Shown here: in pieces, positions 55,912-64,000 of the stretch
How the letters are laid out: each line of letters opens with the position of its first letter
Position numbering within the stretch: the first letter of the stretch is position 1
DNA from: Pelagomonas calceolata
Lineage: Eukaryota
Direction of reading: 5' to 3'
Assembly: GCA_918797485.1 (NCBI GenBank)
Contig: CAKKNE010000001.1
Span: 2,232,001-2,296,000, forward strand
Length of the DNA: 64,000 nt
Translations under genes and position numbers: made by a program
The notes under the pieces: generated by a model
The model's input: only the letters and a program-made list of their open reading frames with translations
The model's database searches: none
What the model was told of the DNA's origin: nothing

Positions 55912-57408
55912 CTACAGAGCAAGCGCGGTCGCGGCGACGACACCGAGGACCGTCGCAAGCGTGCCCGCACGCGTCGCCGAATCTGACTCAAGCGCCGCGG
56001 TCGATGGCGCGGGCGTTGTGGGCTGGGGCGTGGGCTGGGGCGTTGTGGGCTGGGGAGTGGGCTTGGGCGACATCGTTGGCTGGGGCGACGTCGTTGGCTG
56101 GGGCGTCGTCGGCTGAAACGTCGGACGGGGCGTTGGCTGCGCCGTAGGAGCTGGAGGCGAGAAGACGTAGGCCGAGCCCGAGTATGCGCCGCCATCGTGA
56201 CTGTCTTGCCAGGAACCGACCATGATGGTGCTGCCGTCGATGGCCACGGAAATGCCGAAGGCATCTTCCGCCGCGCCATCCGAGGCCGTCAGCTTGGCCA
56301 CCTGGCCGTACATGGCGCCGCCATCGGTCGTGCGGAAGACGTAGACCGAGCCCGGGCCGGAGGCCCAGCCTCCCTTGGCCCCGACCACGATGGTGTCCCC
56401 GTCGATCGCCACAGATGTGCCAAGGTAGTCGAACGTCGTAGCGTCGCTAGCGGTCAGCTCGGCCACCTGACCGTACGTGGCGCCGCCGTCGCTCGTGCGG
56501 AAGACGTAGGCCGCGCCCGACCCCGGGGAGCCGTTGACTGATACGTAGTGGGCGCCGACCACGACGCTTGCGCCGTCGATGGCCACGGAGTAGCCGAAGT
56601 AGGCGCCACCGCCATCGACGCAGCTGCACCCGGCATCGCTTGAAGTCAGCTTGGCCACCTGGCCGTACGTGGCGCCGCCGTCGGTCGTGCGGAAGACGTA
56701 GGCGGCTTCCCCGCCGAAGGCCCCAACCACGATGGTGGCGCCATCCATGACCATGGAGTAGCCGAAGTAGTCATCCGCCGCGGCGTCAGAGGCCGTCAGC
56801 TTGGCCACTTCATCGTACGTGGCGCCTCCGTCGCTCGTGCGGAAGACGTAGACTGCGCCCGTGGAGTCGACCTTGCCGTAGGCCCCAACCACGATGGTGT
56901 TGCCGTCGATCGCCACGGAGCCGCCGAACTGGTCATCTGCTGCAGCGTCGCTGGCAGTCAGCTTGGCCACTTGTCCGTACGTAGCGCCGCTGTCGGTCGT
57001 GCGGAAGACGTAGACCGAGCCCGTGTAGCCGTCATCCCAATGGGCACCGACCACGATGGTGTCGCCGTTGATGGCCACGGAGTAGCCGAACCAGTCGTCC
57101 GCCGCGGCGTCGGCGGCCGTCAGCTTGGCCACTTCATCATACGTGGCGCCGCCGTCGCTCGTGCGGAGGACGTAGACCGCGCCACCGGTGCCAGCGCCGG
57201 GGGCGCCTATAACCACGGTGTCTCCGTCGATGGCCACGGAGATGCCGAACTGGTCGTCCGCCGCAGCATCGGCGGCCGCAAGCTTTATCTCCTCGAAATT
57301 GGCGGTGCTCAGGCGCCGATTGCTGCCCCGCAGCACCGAGCGGGCGTCCAGCATCGCCCACGCATTGGATGCTCCACCAGCTGCGATTAGTAAGGCCAAA
57401 GTGCGCAT
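55912..57408 (-). CDS. FG-GAP repeat (7-blade propeller) surface protein with PT linker and hydrophobic, GPI-like tail
   Basis: Seven KL(T/A)A.DA.A.D.FG.SVAIDG repeats, PQPT repeats and C-terminal LATVLGVVAATALAL. Confidence 0.88.
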   Translation of the reverse strand: MRTLALLIAAGGASNAWAMLDARSVLRGSNRRLSTANFEEIKLAAADAAADDQFGISVAIDGDTVVIGAPGAGTGGAVYVLRTSDGGATYDEVAKLTAADAAADDWFGYSVAINGDTIVVGAHWDDGYTGSVYVFRTTDSGATYGQVAKLTASDAAADDQFGGSVAIDGNTIVVGAYGKVDSTGAVYVFRTSDGGATYDEVAKLTASDAAADDYFGYSMVMDGATIVVGAFGGEAAYVFRTTDGGATYGQVAKLTSSDAGCSCVDGGGAYFGYSVAIDGASVVVGAHYVSVNGSPGSGAAYVFRTSDGGATYGQVAELTASDATTFDYLGTSVAIDGDTIVVGAKGGWASGPGSVYVFRTTDGGAMYGQVAKLTASDGAAEDAFGISVAIDGSTIMVGSWQDSHDGGAYSGSAYVFSPPAPTAQPTPRPTFQPTTPQPTTSPQPTMSPKPTPQPTTPQPTPQPTTPAPSTAALESDSATRAGTLATVLGVVAATALAL

Positions 57409-57721
57409 TGTTAGGGCTGCCCAGTGCAATTAAAAGGGGCGGCGAGTCGAGAGGGGGGCCCGACTTTGAAATGAAATCTCTTAGTAAGACGCGAAGCCCG
57501 CGGACGACTCTGCGCCAGGCACTCCGTCGCCGAGACAGTCCCCGGCTCCCCGGCGGCGCGGCGCTCCACAGACGCCATCGACGCGGCGGCGCACCAACAT
57601 ATGGGCGGGGCGGGCGTTCGGTCACGCTTTCCCCAAGTCGGCCAGGTAGCTCTACGCAAAGCAACATAAGGTTGTTGAATTGGTGGATTAGTAGAGGGGG
57701 GGCGGCCGCGAGCAGAAGACG

Positions 57722-59545
57722 TCACGGCGCGGGCGCGTCGTCGGCCCAGCCGCCGTCGCCCTCCCCCTGGGGCGGCGGCTGCGGCCCCCGGATCGGGACC
57801 GGCGCCGGCGGCGCGAGGTGCGAGCAGACCGCCGCGAGCGCGCTCAGCATCGCCGCCGAGTCCTGCTGCTGCGGCGGCGGCGCCGGCGCCGGCGCCGCGC
57901 GGGCCGCCACCGCTCTAGCGATGATCGCCGCGCGCGCCGGGTCGCCGGACCCGCGCGGCGCGTTCGCCAGGTCCTTCTGCTTGAGGAAGTGCTTCTGCGC
58001 GTGGGACCGGACTTGCGCCAACGTCCGAGAGCCGACCGCGTACGCGACCTTGACCCAGTCCCGCCCGTGGACCGCCAAGGCCGCCACGAACTTCGCGTGC
58101 TCGGCCTCGCTCCAGTGGCCCCGCGACATGGGCGGCGGCGCCGCCGGCGGCTGCGCTCCTTCGGTGGTCTTCTGCTTGACGCTTCGTTCGGAGCCGTTGT
58201 CCGCTTTTCTTCTGCGTTTCTTCGCGTCGGCCACGAGGCGGAGCAACCGTGCCCGATCCGGCGGAGATAGAGCGTCTAAGCCGTCAGGGGGGCCCGACCG
58301 TCGACAGCGCGTGCCGGCCCAGGCCGTCGCCGCAAAGGCGCAGTCGACGTGGAACCACTGGACGCGCCCGTTGCCTCCTGGGCGTGGTGAGGGAGGCCGC
58401 GCGCCCAACCGAGCCGCGCCGGCCCGAATCTCGCGCGTCGGGCAATGCACGTACTGACATTTCGACCGACCATCAGGAGCAATGGAAGCCAAAAAAGGCA
58501 AGGGCCGCACGTCGTCGTCGTCGTCCTCGGACTCGGACGCACTTTCCGCTTTATCGTCGTCTTCCGAACTCCCAGTGACCGTCGGCGCTTGGGGCGGCTG
58601 CACGGGCGGCTGGGGCTGGTCCGCCGCCGTCGCGGCGCGCAATTCCGCGTTCCAGGCGTCGATCATCTGCTTGACCTTTTCCCGATCTTCCGGCGCGAGC
58701 AGTTCTAAATTGCGGACGTCTTCTTGCCTCGTGATCGTTTTGGAGCGCCGACAGGCCCGTCTAAATGAAGCGAAGACGCACTCGAGGTGGTACCAGCGCG
58801 TCTTGCCCTGGCCGAGGCGCGCCGACGGTGGCCTTTTTCCGATGCGCGCGTCGCCCGCTCTTAATGGTCTTCTACAGTCGACACTTTGGCACTTACTTCG
58901 ATCGTCCCAGGCCTGCGGTCGTATCGTGAGTGAAGCAGCGGTCGTGTAGCGTGCGTCGGGGGCGCGCGAGAAAAGACGACGCGGCCGCGAAGCTGCCCGT
59001 GAGGTGTGTAGGCCCGCTTGCGACGAGGACGACGGTTCCACGACGACGGGGGCTCGCGACGACGCCGTCGCCGCGGCCACGGCGCGTCCGAGGTGACGCG
59101 CGCGGATTTCCGCGGAATCCGACGTCGGACAGAACGCGCGCAAACTTCCGCAAATTCGGGCCAAATGATTGGTGCCGTGCGCGCTTTGAGGACGCTGGAT
59201 ACGTACGTGGCCGGCCACGAAGGTGTTCTCGCCGGAGCCGCGGCTGGCGTCCGGGAGAGAAGCGGCTGCGCTCATGTGCTGTCTAAAGGCGGCAGTGGCC
59301 GCCGCCGCCGCCGCCGCGCCGGCCTCCTGCGGCGTCGGCGCGGGCACGGCCATGAGCATGGCCGCCGGCGGCAGGCCCGCGGCGGCGACGGCCGCCGGGA
59401 TGGGCCCAACCGGGAGCGCGGCGGTCGGCGGCAGCGCCGCGGCGGGGATGGGGCCGCCCGGCGGCGCCAGGATTTGGGGGTTGGGCGCCGGCTGCGCTGG
59501 GGCCCCCGCCGCGGGGTCCGCGGGGGGGCGCGGGGGCTCCGCCAT
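57722..59545 (-). CDS. Two PARP-type zinc fingers + SHAQKY-class Myb domain
   Basis: Removing intron 58913-59206 gives FVAGH|AWDDRSKC..C..WYHLEC, matching finger 2 (FLASIAPDGRSKC..C..WFHVDC). Myb domain GHWSEAEHAKF...QVRSHAQKHF. Confidence 0.8.
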   Translation of the reverse strand: MAEPPRPPADPAAGAPAQPAPNPQILAPPGGPIPAAALPPTAALPVGPIPAAVAAAGLPPAAMLMAVPAPTPQEAGAAAAAAATAAFRQHMSAAASLPDASRGSGENTFVAGHVRIQRPQSAHGTNHLARICGSLRAFCPTSDSAEIRARHLGRAVAAATASSRAPVVVEPSSSSQAGLHTSRAASRPRRLFSRAPDARYTTAASLTIRPQAWDDRSKCQSVDCRRPLRAGDARIGKRPPSARLGQGKTRWYHLECVFASFRRACRRSKTITRQEDVRNLELLAPEDREKVKQMIDAWNAELRAATAADQPQPPVQPPQAPTVTGSSEDDDKAESASESEDDDDDVRPLPFLASIAPDGRSKCQYVHCPTREIRAGAARLGARPPSPRPGGNGRVQWFHVDCAFAATAWAGTRCRRSGPPDGLDALSPPDRARLLRLVADAKKRRRKADNGSERSVKQKTTEGAQPPAAPPPMSRGHWSEAEHAKFVAALAVHGRDWVKVAYAVGSRTLAQVRSHAQKHFLKQKDLANAPRGSGDPARAAIIARAVAARAAPAPAPPPQQQDSAAMLSALAAVCSHLAPPAPVPIRGPQPPPQGEGDGGWADDAPAP

Positions 59546-60005
59546 GTTTTGATCGGCGCTTCACTCGCTGTGCTGGCGTCGCAAAACACGCTTTACGCTG
59601 TCCGTTTGGCGCTGCGCTTTCGGCTATGGCTTGGGACTGCGAGCACCTGGTTGCCACGCGTGTTTTTGTTATTTTTTTTAGCGGCGGTCGGGGCCAAAAG
59701 CGTCCTGTCAATCATCCCGTCGTCGCCCCGGATCAGCACTAGCTTTTGCCACACCTGGGGCACTAGGAAAGTGCAACCAAAGGAGCCGTGCCCAAACTGC
59801 GCCCCGGGCACCGCGCGGGACCCGTCTCCGTGCCCGGACAGCGCAGACAGGCCAAGGGCGCTCCAGCACCCTGGCCGTCACGTTGACGGCGAACTTGACG
59901 CACGCGGAGCAAGTTGCAACCCCCAGGGTCCCAATTGACTCCCCACAGGGATACCCCAGGCCCACGAGAGGCGCCCTCACGTTTTAATCCACACGCAACT
60001 ACCCC

Positions 60006-60539
60006 CTACTTGTGCCGCCCGGCCCCCGGCAGCGCGACGGCCGCCCAGTCGTCGCCCTCCGGCGCCGCATCACTCACATCATCCTCATACGCCTCGTGGT
60101 GCGACACGGCGCTTCGTTTATGGTCCAAGACCGAATCCAGAGTGCACCCACTACCAAGGGACCACGTTAGTGTAGTGCGGAAGAACGTCCGCGAGAAGCC
60201 CTCCACCGTCTCGCCGACGAGAGCTCGAGCCTCATTCCTACAACGAGAGAACCACAGCGCCCGCAATTCACAATGCCCTCGCGCGGACGTAGCTTGCCTC
60301 TGCGCTTGCGTAAAATTGTGCACCCAAGCCGTGGCCGCCCGTCGCAAGTCCGCCTCCTCGTCGGAGAGACGCGCTAATAGCTGGCGTCCTAGGTCCTTGG
60401 ACCGCTTGTACTGCTGGATTTTCGACTTGTACTGCTGGTCGACGGTCTTAGCGTAGGCCTCCCGCGCGACGCACTCGTTCTCCTTCTCGTCCATGTCCTT
60501 CGCCTCGTCGCGGATCGCGTAGGAGATGCTGTCGCTCAT
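60006..60539 (-). CDS. Hypothetical coiled-coil protein
   Basis: 177-aa ATG ORF divergent from RPB3. Confidence 0.55.
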   Translation of the reverse strand: MSDSISYAIRDEAKDMDEKENECVAREAYAKTVDQQYKSKIQQYKRSKDLGRQLLARLSDEEADLRRAATAWVHNFTQAQRQATSARGHCELRALWFSRCRNEARALVGETVEGFSRTFFRTTLTWSLGSGCTLDSVLDHKRSAVSHHEAYEDDVSDAAPEGDDWAAVALPGAGRHK

Positions 60540-60697
60540 CTCCGGGCTGCGTGTCGCTTATGCGGCGGCGTTTTGGGCTGCCCTTGTTCCAACCTCCAAA
60601 CCTGTCGCATCGATCGACGTACCACGGAACCGGAGCCCTCCCGGGCAGGCCTCCGGCGGCGAGCGCCCCCTCCTTCCAGACGACTCGTTAGATGTCG

Positions 60698-60719
60698 CTA
60701 GTGTCTTACAGACGCTAGC
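60698..60719 (+). promoter_or_regulatory. Bipartite motif CTAGTGTCTTAC-N3-CGCTAGC
   Basis: Oriented toward RPB3. Confidence 0.55.
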
Positions 60720-61011
60720 TAATCTTGGCGCCCAGCGTCGCTCGAGCCTCTACGCTCCTTTGCTGGCACGCTGAGCAATTTTGTCACGTGCTACTGCATT
60801 TCTGCACCATTGCGCCGCTGCAGAAGCAACGCTCCCGGCTCGCCGCTCGCTGGCTGCCCTAAGCCCTGAACAGCTCAAAGCTCGCCTGCGCGCCGCACGC
60901 GCGAGCAGCGCGCGGCGACGCGCACCTAGCTTGCCAGCGGCGCGCGCGCCAGCAGCGCGAGGCGACGCGCAGTCAACGCCGGACGCGCAATAAATCCCAG
61001 ACGCCGGCACG

Positions 61012-62061
61012 ATGTCCTGCTACTCCGTCGCCGCGGACCAAAGGGCCAGGCGGCCCGAGGTCGAGGTTTTGAGTTTGGAGGAGAACCAAATGTCCTTCGA
61101 AGTTAAAAAAACGGACGCGTCCATGGCCAACGCTTTACGGAGGGTTATCATCGCCGAAGTCGTGACTATGGCGATTGACCTCGTCACGTTCGAGGAGAAC
61201 ACTAGTTGCATCGACGACGAGATCATCGCCCACCGATTGGGTCTCATACCGATCAAGTACGCCTTCAAGCCGGGCAAGACGAAGCTGAGGGAGGATGTCA
61301 GTAATGACGAGGCGGCGGCCATGTCGTCGGAACGAGACATTCAAAGACGTTTTAGATTTACTAGAGATTGCGATTGTGATGGCTACTGCGACTGGTGCGC
61401 GTGTACCTTTAAATTACACGTCAAGTACGATGAAGTGATCAAGAACGTCCCGGAGCACGAAAAGAACCAGCCCTACACCGTGACATCCATCAACCTCGAG
61501 TCGGACGACCCGGACGTGTTTCCCGTCCACTTCGTCTCGGAAAGGGAGAGAAATACATCTTCAGAACCAGGAATAGCGATAGTAAAACTAGCCAAGGGCC
61601 AGGAGATCAAGCTCTCCTGCATCGCGAAGTTGGGGTGTGGCAAGGAGCACGCGAAGTGGACTCCAGTTTCGAAATGCGTCTTTCGCCCGAAGCCGACGAT
61701 TAGTTGGGACGACAACGCCGTGCGAGCGTTGCCTCCCAACCTGCGGAACATCATCGTCGACGTCTGTCCTGCTGGTGTTTTAGGATATGAAGATGAGCGG
61801 GATCGCACGTCTATAGTCGTGAAGAACGAGGCGGCGATCCTCGACTTCACCAAAGATATTCAAGATCTTACTAAGCAATTATCACCGCAGAACAAGCCCA
61901 TGTTCCACGCTTCTGCCTCTACGACGGACTTCGTCTTTGAGGTCGAGTCGCTGGGCGGCGTGCCCGTGGACGACTGCGTCCTCTGCGGCCTGAACGAGAT
62001 CAAGCGGAAGCTGACGAACTTGCAGGTGGCCGTGGCTGAAGTTGCCGCGGAGCAGGCTTGA
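61012..62061 (+). CDS. RPB3: RNA polymerase II subunit RPB3
   Basis: ANALRRVIIAEV, IAHRLGLIP, CDCDGYCDWC, IVKLAKGQE and GKEHAKWTP. Confidence 0.93.
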   Translation: MSCYSVAADQRARRPEVEVLSLEENQMSFEVKKTDASMANALRRVIIAEVVTMAIDLVTFEENTSCIDDEIIAHRLGLIPIKYAFKPGKTKLREDVSNDEAAAMSSERDIQRRFRFTRDCDCDGYCDWCACTFKLHVKYDEVIKNVPEHEKNQPYTVTSINLESDDPDVFPVHFVSERERNTSSEPGIAIVKLAKGQEIKLSCIAKLGCGKEHAKWTPVSKCVFRPKPTISWDDNAVRALPPNLRNIIVDVCPAGVLGYEDERDRTSIVVKNEAAILDFTKDIQDLTKQLSPQNKPMFHASASTTDFVFEVESLGGVPVDDCVLCGLNEIKRKLTNLQVAVAEVAAEQA

Positions 62062-62406
62062 GGACTAAGTTTACTTTAGAGATCCCCGGCGCGTCCACCC
62101 GCGCGTCCGCCCGACACGCAGGCCCGGGCTTTGCCCGAGACACCTCAACGGTGACCAGACGCCTCGCTGGCGTCGACGCATCCTTCACTCGGGCAGGCGG
62201 CTTAGCGGTTCAGCACAAGGCTGATGCAGAGCTGATCGTAATCGACGCTGAGTTAGCGCGTCGTACGCGCTGCAATTGTGCAGCGAGACAAGCGGAGGCA
62301 TCTCTCTACTACTAAAGGAATCGCAAGGGCAAACGCCATCGACGCGTGCTGCAGTGGTTGCGTAAAACAGCAGCTGTGCTGGTAGCAAGCGCAGCAAGCG
62401 AGCAAC

Positions 62407-64000
62407 ATGATGCGCGCATCTCTTCGCCGCATCAGCACAACGCGCCCGCAAGCGCGCCCGAGCAGCGCCTGGGCGCGGCCACAAAGGCCACACACGGCCA
62501 TGGCCGCGGGCGCCGCCGGCTTCGTGGCGGGCGCGCTAGGCGCGCACCAGCTCGCGCGGAGCGACGCCGTCGTGTCCTTCGACGACATGGACCGGCACAC
62601 GAAGGCCGAGAAAAGCAAAAAACTGAAAACGAAGCAGGAGCACCCGACGCACTCCGCGTTGGATGGCGGGCGCGTGACCGTCGAGGTCGACGAAGAAGAC
62701 CTGGACTTGATGACTCTAGACGAAGTAGAGGCATCTAGAGCGACATTGGCCCATGACGGCGGCGATGGGCAACTCTTGTGCACGTACGACGGTATTGTGT
62801 ATGACGTCACTTCCTTTGCGGATGCCCACCCCGGTGGAAGGGAACTACTCTTGACGGCGTCGGGCATGGACCTGAAGCACTTTTTCGAGAATTACACGGT
62901 ACATGGTCATAGTGATAAGGCGGCCAATTGGTTGTCGCCGCTGGCCGTCGGGAAGTTGACTCCTGAGGATGCGCTCGAGGCCCAGAGAAGATCCACTCCC
63001 GAAAATCATGTCAGGAGGAGACTCGCTCGATTACGAGCAAGTCGTAGGAGACTGTTAGCTATCGCTTGCTCGCTACCAGCGGCTATCGCCGTGCGCAAGT
63101 TCATCTCGTTTGTCGGGAATTATGTCTCGTCGAGTGTCGCGAAGTGGCTCGCGCGACGTATACCCTTTTTAACCGTACCTGGTTATTCAAAAGGCGCGGA
63201 GCCCCTACCGCAAGGGACGAAGCGGGGCACCGTCGCCGTCGTCGGTGGAGGCATCGCGGGCTGCGGCGCGGCGTGGATGCTCGCGCGCGACGGCTTCGAC
63301 GTAGTGTTGTACGAGGCGCGGCCCGCGACGTCGGGCAACGCTCGCACGTTCGACTGGGTCGACGACGTGCGATCCCGGCGTCCCGTTCTACGCCATCGAC
63401 GCGACTCGAGAGACTGGGATGCTCCGCGCAGGTCTGGCGGAAGACGTCTACCACAAACGTCGACGAGGAGGGCCGCGTCAAGTCCTGCGTGTCCGTCACG
63501 GCTTGGCCGTCGCTGCTCTACAAGAACTACACGGCGCTCCTCAAACACTTGAACGTCGAAACTTGTGCCATGCCCCTCTCGTGGTTTTTGAATTCCAAGG
63601 TGCCGGGCTACGAGGGGACCCTGTGGGGCGCCGACCCGAACTCTGACAATGAATTCAACACGCTGCGAGATGTGTTTCGGGACGACTTCCGAGCTTATGA
63701 AAGAGCAGAATACTTCGCAAGAAGATGTACTGATTTTTTCTGCCTGGCCTGGGCGCCGTGGAAGCGAGGCGATTCGAGGAGCATGTACACGAACCACACG
63801 GGGTTGGGGCTGTTGAACCCCCTGAACGTCGTTCCTCTCTACACAGTTTTTAGGGCCTTTGGCGGGACGGACGCGTGGTGGGACATCGTCTTTACGCCCT
63901 ACTATACGGCTTCTTTCCTAGTGGACGAGTTGCGGCCGTTTCCGGCGGTCTTTGGACCTATTATTGAAGCCCAAATTCCATTAAATCCGACGCCGGAGAA
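62407..64000 (+). CDS. Cytochrome b5 + FAD-dependent oxidoreductase fusion (partial, runs off window)
   Basis: VYDVTSFADAHPGG and VAVVGGGIAGCGAA...YEAR. An intron at about 63367-63431 restores frame to VKSCVSVTAWP. Confidence 0.85.

Noticed and set aside
56160..57290. Regularly spaced DNA repeats resembling a CRISPR array
   Set aside because: They are in-frame FG-GAP protein repeats, with no unique spacers or cas genes.

Overview
This is GC-rich, gene-dense eukaryotic nuclear DNA with short spliceosomal introns. It most likely comes from a pelagophyte alga (Pelagomonas/Aureococcus-like). That assignment is an inference from stramenopile-type plastid-targeting N-termini, introner-type introns, and FG-GAP, ankyrin and TPR-like family expansions. 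About 35 protein-coding genes can be assembled by hand. Recognisable ones include a PstS-like phosphate-binding protein, strawberry notch, PET100-like, peroxiredoxin Q, katanin p60, a JmjC protein, DDX41, cytochrome c, dihydroorotase, RPB3 and a cytochrome b5/FAD oxidoreductase. No rRNA, tRNA, CRISPR array or transposase was seen. The most notable observations are: (1) a single-pass receptor joining an extracellular dead 5'-nucleotidase-like domain and Venus-flytrap domain to a cytosolic WWE-SH3-PARP module; (2) a selenoprotein missed by the ORF track, with a UGGC thioredoxin fold fused to hemerythrin and a canonical SECIS; (3) a family of TIR/8-bp-TSD introner elements that create GT-AG and GC-AG introns in either orientation; (4) an oriented bipartite motif CTAGTGTCTTAC-N2-4-CGCTAGC upstream of many genes; (5) an ATGA-overlapped gene pair that may be bicistronic; (6) several deletion scars and gene fragments. 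All domain calls are by-eye motif recognition and need HMM confirmation.
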